Shown here: positions 23,415 through 34,152 of the stretch, piece by piece
How positions within the stretch are numbered: the first letter of the stretch is position 1
Layout of the letters: each line of letters starts with the position of its first letter
Assembly: GCA_044229145.1 (NCBI GenBank)
Contig: JBGATO010000001.1
Location: forward strand, 64,001 to 128,000
Origin: Candidatus Eiseniibacteriota bacterium
GTDB lineage: Bacteria > Eisenbacteria > RBG-16-71-46 > CAZEPH01
Length of the DNA stretch: 64,000 bases
Direction of reading: 5' to 3'
Notes under the pieces: generated by a model
Databases searched by the model: none
What the model was told of the DNA's origin: nothing
What the model saw: only the letters and a program-made list of their open reading frames with translations
Made by a program: the position numbers and the translations under genes

Positions 23415-26008
23415 CACAGGAGCTCGACGGTCGTGGCGCCGGTGCCGCCCTCCCACTGCGCCGCGAGGCCGAACGAGCGCACACCGCCGCGGCCCTTGAG
23501 CATCCGCGTGATTGCCGCGCGCAGCGCGCCGGTGCCCTTGCCGTGAATGATGCGCACGCGCGGCAGACCTTCGAGCTGCGCCCGGTCGAGGAAGCGATCC
23601 ACCTCGGCCACCGCGTCCTCGGCGCGGAAGCCGCGCACGTCGATCTCCATCTTCGCCGCGTCTTCGGTGGCCGCGCTGTCGCCGTGGTGCCGCGTCGACC
23701 AGCTCACGCCGCCACGCGGTTCCTTGGCGTGATAGCCCGCGACGCCACGCAGCGTCGGCGCGTCGGGCGACGGCAGCTCGTCGTCGCCGAGCTCGCCGCG
23801 CAGGGCGAAGGCTTCCGCCAGCGCCTCGTCGTACGGCAGCGCGGCCTCGGCGGCGCGGCGTTCTTCCTCGCGGCGGCGCTCCTCGAGCAGACGGCGCGCT
23901 TCCGCCTCGGCGTCGCGCGCCCGCGACGGCGCGGCGACGGGCGCCGGAGCACCGACCTGCGCCGGCGGCATCGCCAGCGCGTCGAGCGCCAGCCAGCTGC
24001 GGAACACGCCGGCCTGCACCTGCACGCGGCCACTGCCGTCCGGCCCATCGACGATGACACCGGTGCGCTGCATCGCGCGGACCCACACGGTGGCGCCGCG
24101 CGTCGCGAATGCCGGCGGCACGGCGGGCAGCGCCGGCTCGGCGGCACGCACCGACGCCGCCGATTCGTCGTCCACCTGATCGACCAGCGCTTCGACGTGG
24201 CGGAGATCCGCCTTCGACTTCGCGGCCTTGAGTTCTTCCTCCGCGGCGCGGACGCGTTGCCGTGCCCGCGCCACTTCGCCGCGCACCAGCTCGCGCGCCT
24301 CGCGCTTGGCGCGCGTCGTCTCGGCCTGCGCGGCGGCACGGTCCTCACGCAGCTTCGCGACCAGCTCGTGCGCCTCGCGGCGCGCGGTGGCGGCGGCGGC
24401 GCGGTCGCGCTCGGTCTCTTCGACCAAGCGTCCGACCTCGCCGAGCATCCGGCGCGTCGCCGCGGTGTCGGGGTCGAGATGCGACTCCGCGCGGGCGATC
24501 CAGCGCGGGCTGAGCCCGCAGCGCGCCGCCACGGCGAGCGCGTGACTGCCACCACCCGGCCCGGCGATCAAGCGATACGACGGTTCGCCGCGTTCGACAT
24601 CGAAGCCCATCGAGCCGAGGAACACGCCCGGCTTGCCGAAGGCGAACGCCTGCAGCGCGCCGAGGTGTGTCGTCATCACGGCGCGCACCTCGCGCTCGAG
24701 CAGCTCCTCGAGCGTCGCCATGCCGAGCGCGCCGCCTTCCTCCGGATCGGTGGCGCCGCCGACTTCGTCGAGCAGCACCAGCACGTCGCCGCCCTGCACG
24801 GTCTCGATCTCGCGCAAGCGCGCGACGTGCGCGGTGAACGTCGAGAGCGCGGCCTCCAGCGACTGGAAGTCGCCGATGTCCGCGAGCACGGTGCGGAACA
24901 CCGGAAAGCTCGAGCCTTCGTCGCACGGCACGAAGAGCCCGGCTTGCACCATGCAGCACAACAGGCCGACCGTCTTGAGCGCCACCGTCTTGCCGCCAGC
25001 ATTCGGGCCGGTGATCAGCAGCACGCGCGTCGTCGCGTCGAGCTCGGCGTGCAGCGGCATCACCGCGTCGCGGCCGAGCGTCACCACGAGCAGCGGATGC
25101 CGCGCCGCGCGCAGGCGCAGCGTATCGCCGCCGATGCCGGGCCGCACCGCGCCGAGTTTGCGCGCGAAGCGCACGCGCGCCTGGTCGAGATCGAGCGCGG
25201 CGAGCAGCTCTTGCAGCGCGAGCAGCGCCTCGGCGTGATCGCGCACATCGTCGGTGAGCGCGATCAGGATGCGCGTGATCTCTTCGGCTTCGCGCGCGGC
25301 GAGTTCCTCGAGCGCGTCGTTGAGCGGCATCGCGCTCGCCGGCTCGACGAACAGCGTGGCGTGCGTCGACGACCGGTCGAGGACGATGCCGGGCACCTTG
25401 GTGCGATCCTCGTGACGCACCGGCACCACGAAGCGGCCATTGCGCAGCGTCACGTACGCGGCGGTGCCGCCGCCGCTCAGGCCGCTCGCCACCTTCTCGA
25501 GATGGCGCTGCACGTCCTGTCGCGCGCGCACCAGTTCGCGACGGATACGCGCCAGTTCCGGCGTCGCGGTGTCCTTGATCTCGCCGCCCTTGTCGAGACA
25601 GCGGTCGAGATGCGGACCGAGTTCGCCGGTGTGCGGCGCGGTGTCGAGACGGCGCCGCCACGTCGTGGATTCGCCCTCGCGACCGTGGCCGAAGTGCTGG
25701 CGCGCACGGTGCACGTTCTGCACCAGCCGCGCGACATCGACCAGTTCGACACCCGACAGCAACGCGCCGGGCACCCGCGCCCTCTCGACGAGGGCACGCG
25801 CGTCCGGCGCATCGAGATCGCACAGCCCGGAGGCGGCGACGAATTCCTGCAGCTCGGCCACCACGCGATGCGCGTCATGCACCGCCGCCTCGTCCGTCTC
25901 CGGGATGAGGGCGGCCGCACGTTGCGCTCCTGGGTCCGTCGTGGTGCAGGCGAGCACGAGCTGCCGCACCTTGTCGAACTCCAGCACCGCGAGCGTGTGG
26001 GTGTTCAC
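23414..26008 (-). CDS. mutS2: MutS2 endonuclease with C-terminal Smr domain
   Basis: LEFDKV start, ITGPNAGGKT, LSTF, LLDEVGGATDPEEG, IIHGKGTGALR. AAGGAGG RBS before GTG at 26008. Confidence 0.93.
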   Translation of the reverse strand: MNTHTLAVLEFDKVRQLVLACTTTDPGAQRAAALIPETDEAAVHDAHRVVAELQEFVAASGLCDLDAPDARALVERARVPGALLSGVELVDVARLVQNVHRARQHFGHGREGESTTWRRRLDTAPHTGELGPHLDRCLDKGGEIKDTATPELARIRRELVRARQDVQRHLEKVASGLSGGGTAAYVTLRNGRFVVPVRHEDRTKVPGIVLDRSSTHATLFVEPASAMPLNDALEELAAREAEEITRILIALTDDVRDHAEALLALQELLAALDLDQARVRFARKLGAVRPGIGGDTLRLRAARHPLLVVTLGRDAVMPLHAELDATTRVLLITGPNAGGKTVALKTVGLLCCMVQAGLFVPCDEGSSFPVFRTVLADIGDFQSLEAALSTFTAHVARLREIETVQGGDVLVLLDEVGGATDPEEGGALGMATLEELLEREVRAVMTTHLGALQAFAFGKPGVFLGSMGFDVERGEPSYRLIAGPGGGSHALAVAARCGLSPRWIARAESHLDPDTAATRRMLGEVGRLVEETERDRAAAATARREAHELVAKLREDRAAAQAETTRAKREARELVRGEVARARQRVRAAEEELKAAKSKADLRHVEALVDQVDDESAASVRAAEPALPAVPPAFATRGATVWVRAMQRTGVIVDGPDGSGRVQVQAGVFRSWLALDALAMPPAQVGAPAPVAAPSRARDAEAEARRLLEERRREEERRAAEAALPYDEALAEAFALRGELGDDELPSPDAPTLRGVAGYHAKEPRGGVSWSTRHHGDSAATEDAAKMEIDVRGFRAEDAVAEVDRFLDRAQLEGLPRVRIIHGKGTGALRAAITRMLKGRGGVRSFGLAAQWEGGTGATTVELL

Positions 26009-26098
26009 GAGCCTCCTTCTGACGGCAAGCGCCCGGCGGATGCGAATCCGCGCGGGCGCCATACCTCACTGCACGTCGTCACGACGCGAGGGCGGTGA

Positions 26099-26293
26099 CT
26101 ACTCCTCCGCCATACGCCGCGCCAAATCCTTCCGGCGCGCCGCGTTCAGCTTGCGCTTGCGGCGCTCGCTCGGCTTCTCGAAGTGCTGGTGGCGGCGCAG
26201 ATCGGAGAGAATCCCCGCCTTCTCGCACTTCTTCTTGAAACGACGGAGGGCGCTCTCAAACGACTCGCCTTCCTTGACCCGGATACCCGGCAT
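26099..26293 (-). CDS. rpsU: 30S ribosomal protein S21
   Basis: [20 protein letters not shown]...[11 protein letters not shown]. Confidence 0.96.
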   Translation of the reverse strand: MPGIRVKEGESFESALRRFKKKCEKAGILSDLRRHQHFEKPSERRKRKLNAARRKDLARRMAEE

Positions 26294-26537
26294 CTACTTC
26301 ACCCCTCCCATCTCTGCGCATCATCGCGGAAGGACTTCGGCTCGACCTGGCGCACTCGTCTCGATCCCAGCGTCGACGACGATTCGAGGCGCGTCCTTCC
26401 AAGACGACACTCGAATCCCGGCGAAGGGTCACGAAGCTTCGCCGCGCTGGTTCGCACGAGGCGTGAATAAAGTGGCGTGACGGTGGAACCTCAACAGGCG
26501 CGGCCGCAACCGGCAACGCGCACATGATCGGTCGGCC

Positions 26538-26566
26538 ATGGTAGCCGTGGAACGAGGTATCGTCAA
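26538..26566 (-). promoter_or_regulatory. Sigma70-type promoter for rpsU
   Basis: TTGACG-N17-TACCAT on the minus strand, about 240 nt upstream of the rpsU ATG. Confidence 0.55.
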
Positions 26567-26591
26567 GGAATGCGTGGGACTTGCGGCCCTG

Positions 26592-27148
26592 TCAGGTCCC
26601 CTGGCGCGGGCCTGGCGCCGGGGCGGGCGCGCCGCACCGCCAGGAGACGGCGGCGGCCAGCGTGAGCGCGGCGGTTTCGGCGCGCAGGCGGGTCGGGCCG
26701 AGATGCACGCGGCGGGCCCCGGCGTCGCGCACGGCGGCCCGTTCCGCGGGCGTCAGGCCGCCTTCCGGCCCGACGATCACGCCGACCCGACCGGCGACGG
26801 GCACGGCCACCGCGTCCCACGGCTCGCCTTCGTGGTCTGCGACTACAAGCGTTTCCACGTCAGCCAGTTGCGCTGCTTCCTGCATGTCGGAGGCGAAGCG
26901 CAGCGCAGGCTGCCAGAGGCCCAGACTCTGCAGGAATGCGGCGCGCCGGCCGGCGTGGTGTCGGCGTCGAGCAGGACGTGCGCGCCGCGCTTCTCCACGC
27001 GGGTCACGCGGGCGGCGAAACAGTGTCCTGCCCCATCGACGGCGCGCACCGGTGCGCCGGCGCCCAGCCGCAGCACGCGCAGGTGCGCCGCATCCTCCTC
27101 GTCCAGCGCGCATTCGGCGCCGGCCGCCAACCCGGCCGGCACGATCAC
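26592..27148 (-). pseudogene. rsmE: 16S rRNA m3U1498 methyltransferase, with an internal deletion and frameshift near 26945 (may be an assembly artefact)
   Basis: N-terminal HLRVLRL...VDG lies in one frame and C-terminal VGPEGGL...LGPTRLRAETAA in another. The conserved KxxELGV segment is missing. Confidence 0.8.
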
Positions 27149-27183
27149 ACTCGGCGGCGACTCGAGGCCCGCCGCGACGCGCT

Positions 27184-28323
27184 CTAGCCGTCCCGTGAGA
27201 AGATGCCCTTCATCGTCTCGAAGAAACTCTTCCCCGGCTTCGGCGGCTTGGATTCGACGTCGCGCAATTGTTCGAGCAGCTTGCGCTCCTTGTCGTTCGG
27301 CTTGCTCGGGGTCCACACGACGACGTGCGCGAGTTGATCGCCGCGTCCGTTACCGCGCGGACGGCCGACGCCGAGCCCCTTGAGCCGCAGGATCGTCCCG
27401 GTCTGCGTGCCCGCCGGCACCTGGAGGTGCGTGGTGCCATCGAGGGTCGGCACCTCGATCTTGGCGCCGAGCGCCGCCTGGGAAAAGGTGACGCAGACGT
27501 CGCAGACGATGTCGTCGCCGTGGCGCTTGAACAGCGCGTGTTCCTTCTCGACGACCACCATGTGCACGTCGCCGGGCGGTCCGCCGAACGGGCCGGCGTC
27601 GCCGAGGCCGCGCAGCGCGATGTACTGACCGGTGCTGACGCCGGGCGGAATCTTCACCGTCGCGGTGTCGGTGTCGCGCACGCGGCCTTCGCCCCGGCAG
27701 TCGGGGCAGCGCTCTTCGACGACGCGGCCTTGTCCGCGGCAGCGATCGCACGTGACGACGTTGACGAACTGCGCGAAGAGCGCGCTATGCACTTGGCGCA
27801 CACGGCCGGCGCCGCGGCACTGTGGACACGTCTTGGCCTGGGTGCCCGGCTTGGCACCGCTGCCGCCGCACGGCTCGCACGGCGTGAGGTGCTGCACGCG
27901 CAGCGTCTTCTCGGTGCCGACGGCGATTTCCTCGAGCGTCAGGTCGACGTGGACTTCGATGTCGTCGCCGCGGCGCGGGCCGGCGGTCTCGGCGCCGCCG
28001 AAGACGTCGCCGAATCCCCCGAAGTCGCGCATGAACGCGCGCAGCGCGTCGCCCAAGTCGAACACGCCGCCGTCGAAGCCGGCCGGGCCGCCCGCCGCGC
28101 CGCGCGCGCCTTCGTGCCCAAAGCGGTCGTAGCGCGCGCGCTTGTCGCGATCCTTCAGGACCTCGTAGGCCTCGGTGGCTTCCTTGAACTTGTCGGCGGC
28201 CGCGTCATCGCCCTGATTGCGGTCCGGGTGATACTGGAACGCGAGCTTGCGGTAGGCCTTCTTGACGGTGTCGTCGTCGGCGTCGCGCGGGACGCCGAGG
28301 ACCTCGTAGTAGTCGCGCGGCAT
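27184..28323 (-). CDS. dnaJ: Chaperone DnaJ
   Basis: J domain with HPD, G/F region, four CxxCxGxG repeats. Confidence 0.97.
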   Translation of the reverse strand: MPRDYYEVLGVPRDADDDTVKKAYRKLAFQYHPDRNQGDDAAADKFKEATEAYEVLKDRDKRARYDRFGHEGARGAAGGPAGFDGGVFDLGDALRAFMRDFGGFGDVFGGAETAGPRRGDDIEVHVDLTLEEIAVGTEKTLRVQHLTPCEPCGGSGAKPGTQAKTCPQCRGAGRVRQVHSALFAQFVNVVTCDRCRGQGRVVEERCPDCRGEGRVRDTDTATVKIPPGVSTGQYIALRGLGDAGPFGGPPGDVHMVVVEKEHALFKRHGDDIVCDVCVTFSQAALGAKIEVPTLDGTTHLQVPAGTQTGTILRLKGLGVGRPRGNGRGDQLAHVVVWTPSKPNDKERKLLEQLRDVESKPPKPGKSFFETMKGIFSRDG

Positions 28324-28871
28324 CAGCCGCCCACCACCACGTGCGCCGGGCGCAGCACGCGGCCGTCGCGCACGTAGCCGCGCGACAGCACGCGGGTCAC
28401 CGCATTGGCCTCGCCGGCCGGGTCGCGCATCACCGCCTCGTGCTTCGCCGGATCGAACGGTTCGCCGAGCGGGTCGACGATGTCGATGCCGGAATCGGCG
28501 AGCGCCTGACGCGCCTGCTGCAGCACCAGCGCGACGCCTTCGCGCACCGCGTCGACGGACACGTTCTCGGCGGTGGCGGCTTCCGCGGCACGCTCGAGGT
28601 CGTCGATCACGCGGAAGACGGTGTGGAGGGCGCGCTCGGCGCCCTGCTCCATCGCCAGTTCGCGTTCGCGGGCGACGCGACGGCGGAAGTTCTCGAAGTC
28701 CGCGGCCAAGCGCAGCCAGCGGTCTTCGTAGTCATTGGCGCGCGCTTCGGCGTCGGCGAGCGCGGCATCACGTGGGTCGAGCGTCTCGACCGCCTCGGCG
28801 GGCACGCCGGTGTCCGGCACGCCGGCCTCTTCCGGCGTCTCCGGCGCCGGAACGTTCACATCGGAATCCAC
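28323..28871 (-). CDS. grpE: Nucleotide exchange factor GrpE
   Basis: [23 protein letters not shown]...[10 protein letters not shown]. Confidence 0.95.
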   Translation of the reverse strand: MDSDVNVPAPETPEEAGVPDTGVPAEAVETLDPRDAALADAEARANDYEDRWLRLAADFENFRRRVARERELAMEQGAERALHTVFRVIDDLERAAEAATAENVSVDAVREGVALVLQQARQALADSGIDIVDPLGEPFDPAKHEAVMRDPAGEANAVTRVLSRGYVRDGRVLRPAHVVVGG

Positions 28872-28986
28872 GAATCACTCCTTCGACGGGATCGACGCGG
28901 CGCCCTGCGCCGCCAGCAGAATCGCGGCAGTGTACCAGAATCGCGGCGCTTCCGCCGGGACCGGCGGCAGCGCATACTCCCGCGCC

Positions 28987-30108
28987 GTGACCCTCCTGCA
29001 TCTCGTCAACGTGCGCTGGTGGAACGCGTCGGCGGCCTACGCCGTGCACGCGGCGTTGGCGTTGCGCGCCCGCGGCCATGCAGCGCCTGTGGTGGCCGAC
29101 GCCGGCTCGCCGGTGGCGCTGCGCGCACGTGCGGCAGGACTCGACGTGCACGAGATTCCGCGGCTCGACCGCTTGGCGTGGCGCACCACGCCGGCTGGTG
29201 TACGGGCGCTTGCGCATGTCTTGCGCCGGACGCGCCCCGCCGTCGTCTTCGCGCATCGCCCCGAGAGCCACGCGTGGGCCGCATGTGGACTCGCCTTCGC
29301 GGGGGTCGATGCACGCTTGGTGTTCGCGCGCACCGACGCCCGCGTGCCCCGCGCCGGCGTCGGGCAGCGCTGGCTCGCCGCCCGCACCGACGGCGTCGTG
29401 TATCCCGCGGCCTACGCGGTCGAACGGGACCGCGCCCGCTTGCATCTCGATCCCGCGCGCACCTGGGTCGCACCGTGTCCGGTGGACCTCGCGCACTTCG
29501 TTCCCGGCGATCGCGCCGCGGCGCGTGCGGCACTCGGACTCCCTTCCGATGCACCGATCGCCGCGATGGTCGCGCGATTCGCCGAGGTGAAGGGGCAGCT
29601 GGATGTGCTCGAGGCGTTCGCCCGGGCCGCCGAGCCGCGCGCGTGGCTGGTCCTGAGCGGTGTCGAGGACGACGTACGCCGCGTCGCGCTGGCGGAGCGC
29701 GCCGTCGCGCTCGGTGTCGCGGAACGTGTGCGGTTGCTCGACGTGCTCCCCGACCCGCGGGTCTTGTTCGCCGCGGCGGACGTTGGCGTGGTGGCGTCGC
29801 GCGGAAGCGAGGCGATCTGCCGGGTGGCAGCCGAGTGGCAGGCGTGTGGTCGCCCGGTGCTCGGCACGCGGATGCACGCGGTCGCGGAAGCCATCGACGA
29901 CGGCGGCAGCGGCTGGCTGGTGCCGCCCGGTGACATCGACGCGATCGCCGCGCAGCTGGCGCGCGCATTCGCGGCGGACTCCGCCACGCGACAGCGCTTC
30001 GGCGAGGCCGCGCGCGCTCACGCGGAGGCCGCGTTCGCCCCGGAACGCTTCGGCCTCACCCTCGACGAGATCGCGCGCACCGTGTGCGCGCCCAGCGCCC
30101 GACGATGA
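28987..30108 (+). CDS. GT4-family glycosyltransferase
   Basis: NVRWWNASA N-terminus, ARFAEVKG, SEAICRVAAEWQACGRPV GT-B motif. Confidence 0.85.
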   Translation: MTLLHLVNVRWWNASAAYAVHAALALRARGHAAPVVADAGSPVALRARAAGLDVHEIPRLDRLAWRTTPAGVRALAHVLRRTRPAVVFAHRPESHAWAACGLAFAGVDARLVFARTDARVPRAGVGQRWLAARTDGVVYPAAYAVERDRARLHLDPARTWVAPCPVDLAHFVPGDRAAARAALGLPSDAPIAAMVARFAEVKGQLDVLEAFARAAEPRAWLVLSGVEDDVRRVALAERAVALGVAERVRLLDVLPDPRVLFAAADVGVVASRGSEAICRVAAEWQACGRPVLGTRMHAVAEAIDDGGSGWLVPPGDIDAIAAQLARAFAADSATRQRFGEAARAHAEAAFAPERFGLTLDEIARTVCAPSARR

Positions 30109-31232
30109 GCACCGGCCGCGTCTCGCTCCACGTCGACACCGGCACCGGCTGGGGTGGCGGACAGGACCGCGTGCTCGCGCTGCTCACCGCACTGCGGGCC
30201 GCCGGCGAAACGCCGTGTTTGGTGGCACCGCCCGACACCCCGCTGTTGGCCCGCGCCCGCGCGCTCCACCTCGACACCCACGCGTTGCGCATGCGCGGCG
30301 ACATCCATCCGCATGCCTCGTGGACGCTGGCGCGGTTGGCGATGCGCGCGACGCTTCTGCATGCGCATACCGCGCACGCCCATGCGCTCTTGCTCCCGGT
30401 GGCGACGTTGACGCGCCGGCCGCTGGTGGTCACGAGGCGCAATCTCGCGCGACCGCACACCGACCGCGCATGGACGCGGCCGCTCGATCGCCTCTTCACG
30501 CGCCTCAAGTACAGCGCCGCACGCGCGGTCTTGTGCGTCAGCGAGGCAGTGGCGGACGACGTGCGGCGCCTCGGTGTCGATCCGGCGCGCATCAGCTTGG
30601 CCCCAACTCCGGTGCGCTTGCCCGATCCGCCCGATCCGCGTCACGTCGCGCGCCTGCGAGCGCGCTGCGCGCCCGGCGGCGGGCCGCTGCTTGCTGCCCT
30701 CGGCGCGCTCGAGCCGGTGAAGAATCACGCCGCGCTGGTGCGCGCGGCCGCGGCGCTGCGGTCGCAATGGCCCTCAGTCGCGGTGGCCATCGGTGGCGAC
30801 GGCTCGCAACGCGCGGCGCTCCTCGCCGTGGCGGAGGACCTCGGCCTCGGGGCGCGGCTGCATTTGCTCGGCCACCTCGACGATCCGCGTGCCTTGCTGG
30901 CAGCCTGCGATGTCTTCGTGCATCCGTCGCGCTCCGAAGGCGCGCCCGGGGCGATTCTCGACGCGCTCGCACAGGCCCGCCCGGTGGTGGCCACCGCGGT
31001 CGGTGGCGTGGGCGATATCATCCAGCCGAGCGGTGTCGCCCCGGTGGCACTCTTGGTGCCGGCGGAGGACGACGCGGCGCTCGCCGCCGCCTGCGCGCGG
31101 CTGCTCGCGGATCCCGTCGCCGCCGCCGAACTGGGCACCCGCGCACGGGAGCACGTGCTCGCGCACTTCCCCATCGAACGGATGGTGGCGGCGACGCGCG
31201 CCGCCTACGACCGCGTGGTTCCGGCGCGCTGA
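30105..31232 (+). CDS. GT4-family glycosyltransferase
   Basis: WGGGQ, FVHPSRSEGAPGAILDALAQARPVV. ATGA-coupled to the preceding gene. Confidence 0.88.
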   Translation: MSTGRVSLHVDTGTGWGGGQDRVLALLTALRAAGETPCLVAPPDTPLLARARALHLDTHALRMRGDIHPHASWTLARLAMRATLLHAHTAHAHALLLPVATLTRRPLVVTRRNLARPHTDRAWTRPLDRLFTRLKYSAARAVLCVSEAVADDVRRLGVDPARISLAPTPVRLPDPPDPRHVARLRARCAPGGGPLLAALGALEPVKNHAALVRAAAALRSQWPSVAVAIGGDGSQRAALLAVAEDLGLGARLHLLGHLDDPRALLAACDVFVHPSRSEGAPGAILDALAQARPVVATAVGGVGDIIQPSGVAPVALLVPAEDDAALAAACARLLADPVAAAELGTRAREHVLAHFPIERMVAATRAAYDRVVPAR

Positions 31233-31987
31233 GCCCGCGCGAGTTCGCGCAACTTGAGATACTTCGCCGCCACGCCCATCGCCCCGACGTACGCGATCGC
31301 AAAGCCCGCCGCGCCATCGAACACGCCACCCAGCACGAAGTACCCCGACACGAACCGCCACGGCGGGCGCACCAGGATGTCGAGCCATGACGCGCGCCGG
31401 CCGGCGTCGTACATCGCCTGCGCCGCGATCGTGCTGTAGCGCTCGCTGCGCGCGAGGTGGTCGTGGAGGTCGGCGTAGGAGTAGTGGTGCAAATCACCGG
31501 CGAGACGACGGACGACGCCCTCGACCTCGAGACGGTCGTGCGGGTCGAGACCGACCCAGCGCGCGCGCCGGCGATCGACCAAGCGCAGCTTGACGTCGGG
31601 GTACCATCCGCCGTGCCGAATCCATCGCCCGAGGTGATACGACAGGCGCGACACCTCGTAGCCGGCCACCGCGGGATCCGGCGGCGCGGCGCGCCATGAC
31701 GCCAGTGCCTGCTGCAACGCGGGCGAGACTTCCTCGTCCGCGTCCAACGACAACACCCACTCGTGCCGCGCGGCGGCCAGCGCGACGTTCTTCTGGGCGA
31801 CGTGACCGCGCCACGGATGCCGCTCGACGCGGGCGCCATGGCGACGCGCGATGTCCTCCGAGGCATCCGACGTGCGTTCGTCGAGGATGATCACCACGTC
31901 GTCGGCCCACGCCACGCTGGCGAGCACGCCATCGAGCGTCCGCGCCGCGTCCTTCGCGATCAGGGCGACCGATACCGGCGTCGTCAT
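31205..31987 (-). CDS. GT2-family LPS core glycosyltransferase (WaaE/KdtX-like)
   Basis: QKNVAL, WVLSLDADE, IRHGGWYPD, LHHYSY. Confidence 0.88.
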   Translation of the reverse strand: MTTPVSVALIAKDAARTLDGVLASVAWADDVVIILDERTSDASEDIARRHGARVERHPWRGHVAQKNVALAAARHEWVLSLDADEEVSPALQQALASWRAAPPDPAVAGYEVSRLSYHLGRWIRHGGWYPDVKLRLVDRRRARWVGLDPHDRLEVEGVVRRLAGDLHHYSYADLHDHLARSERYSTIAAQAMYDAGRRASWLDILVRPPWRFVSGYFVLGGVFDGAAGFAIAYVGAMGVAAKYLKLRELARAQRAGTTRS

Positions 31988-33159
31988 GCCGCCTCCTCGC
32001 GCGCCGCGGCACACCCCGCACCGACCAGCGACCACAGCAGGATCGCCACCTCGGCGTCGGTTTGGAAGCACTGGAAGACGCCGCCCGCCAGCACGGCGAC
32101 GCTCGCCATGGCACCGGCCACCGCGAGCGTCCCGCCGCGCCGGGCGCGCGCCGCCGTCAACGTGCTGGCGAGCACCGTCCCCCACATCACCAGGAAGGCC
32201 GCGAGGCCGATCACTCCGGCGTTCGCAGCCACCGCGAGATAGTCGTTGTGGGCGTGCGCGTCCGACCAGTAGAAGCCGGGCACGTGGTACTGCACGAAGG
32301 CGGCGTGCCAGTTCCCCGGGCCAACGCCGAGCACCGGATGCGCCTGGATCACGCGCAACGCGGTTTCCCAGAGGCGCAATCGCGGGCCGACGACATCGTC
32401 GCTCATCACGTGCAGGAGACGCGCACGCAGGGCCGGCACCAGCAGCATCGCCGCGATCAGGCCGAACAGAAGCCGGCCGAGATCGCGCCGGCGCGTCGGT
32501 GCCGCCGCCAGCAGCGCTACCGGCGCGGCGAGCAGGGCGCCGATCCACGCGCTGCGGCCATAGCTCCACAAGAGCGCGGCGCCGCAGCCGGCGCACGCAG
32601 CCAGCGCGGCGGCGCGCGTCGTCCCGCGTCGCGCCGCGGCCACCACCGCGAGCGCCACGGTCATCGCCAGCATCGCGTGTCCGGCGAGCGTCAGGTGGTG
32701 ACTGAAGGTGCCGGTGGCGAGATAGCCGCCGGCCTCGAGTTGCTCCACCGCGCGACCGAGGAGCGGGTCGGTGCCGGTGACGTGCTGATAGAGGCAGTAG
32801 ACGCCGAGCAGCGATTCGCTGGCGAGCAACGCCACGGCGGCGGCGCGCCCGGACGGCCGGGCGTCGTCAGCGGTGGCCGCGACGCACGCGGCGACGACGA
32901 TCCACTCGTGGGCGGCCGCGCTCAGACCGCGCGGCAACGAGCGCTCCGCCACGATCGCCGCGGCACAGCAGACTGCCGCGAAGGCGGCGAGCGGTCGCCA
33001 GAGCGCCGAGGCCGGCAGCACGAGCCGCCGCGCCGCCCAGCCGGCGAGACACCACAGCGTCGCCAGGCCGAGCACGATCTCGGCCCCGCTGATCGACCAC
33101 GGCGAGACCACGGCGAGCAGCACGATCAGCGCCTCGAGGACGCGCATCCACACGCTCAT
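31984..33159 (-). CDS. waaL: O-antigen ligase family protein
   Basis: Multiple TM helices, RSAWIG, RLRLWETA...HPVLGVGPGNW...HAHNDYL. Confidence 0.82.
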   Translation of the reverse strand: MSVWMRVLEALIVLLAVVSPWSISGAEIVLGLATLWCLAGWAARRLVLPASALWRPLAAFAAVCCAAAIVAERSLPRGLSAAAHEWIVVAACVAATADDARPSGRAAAVALLASESLLGVYCLYQHVTGTDPLLGRAVEQLEAGGYLATGTFSHHLTLAGHAMLAMTVALAVVAAARRGTTRAAALAACAGCGAALLWSYGRSAWIGALLAAPVALLAAAPTRRRDLGRLLFGLIAAMLLVPALRARLLHVMSDDVVGPRLRLWETALRVIQAHPVLGVGPGNWHAAFVQYHVPGFYWSDAHAHNDYLAVAANAGVIGLAAFLVMWGTVLASTLTAARARRGGTLAVAGAMASVAVLAGGVFQCFQTDAEVAILLWSLVGAGCAAAREEAA

Positions 33160-34152
33160 CGCCTCGCCAAGAATTGCCGTCGCCGCCAGCACGGCATCCA
33201 ACGTTCCCGCCACCGGACGCGTGCAGCGCGACGGCGAGTCGCAGACGCAGGGCCCTCCCCGCAGGACACGATGCGGCACCGTCGTCGTGTGCGCGGGGTG
33301 TGTCCAGCCCGCGGGATCGTGCGGGCCGAAGAGGCCGACCGTCGGTACGCCACAGGCAATCGCCAGGTGCCGTGTGCCGTTGTCGTTGCCGACCAACACC
33401 TGCGCGGTCGTCAGCAGTCCGGCGAGCGCGCGCAAGGACGGCGTTTCCGGCGCGAGCGCGACGTCGCCCTCGACGCCACCAGGCGAGCACGGCCGCCGCA
33501 TCCTCCCGTTCGCCCAGGCCCCAGAGCAGACGCACGCGCGCCCGCGCCGCCAACTGCGACGCCAGGGCCGCGAAGCGCGCGGGCGGCCATCGCCGCGACG
33601 CACGCCGGCTCGTCGTCGTCAGGAGGACGAGCGGCGCGGGGCTCGGCGGCAGCGCCGCCGCCGCCCACACGCGATCAGGAACGTCGCCCCCACCGTCGGC
33701 GCCCGCTCCACGGCGGCGATGCCGAGCGGCCCCAGCAGGGCTTGACGTGCCGTGCCGGTGTAGAGCGTCCCGCTGCGGTCGCGCGGCACCGCATCGGTGT
33801 ACAGGCGGCGCCGCGCGCGCAGATCGTAGCCGATGCGCCGCGCCGCGCCGCTCCACCGGCACACCGCCGCGCTGAACGGCGTGCTGAGCACGTCGATCGC
33901 GATGGTCGGACGCGCCGCGCGCACGCGCGCCCACGCACGCGGCGCCCGCCACGGGTGCGACCAGTCCTCGCGGCGGATCGCCAGCACCGCGTCGACGGCC
34001 GGGTGTCCGAGCAACGGTTCGTGGCAGCCGCGATCCATGAGAACCGTGACGTGCCACTCGGGCCGCGCCGCGCGCAACGTGTCGAGCAGGGCGGTGGTCA
34101 CCAGCGCGTCGCCGATGCGGCGGAATTGCGTGATCAAGACACGCTCGCTCAT
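33156..34152 (-). pseudogene. GT9 (heptosyltransferase-like) gene split by about three frameshifts (probably sequencing indels)
   Basis: RRIGDALVT in frame 1, RRWPPARFA in frame 2, VGNDNGTRHLA...LFGP in frame 3. Confidence 0.75.

Noticed and set aside
31984..33603. Apparent GT9-WaaL fusion protein
   Set aside because: waaL has its own ATGA-coupled start at 33159, and the upstream GT9 is multiply frameshifted, so the fusion is probably an indel artefact.
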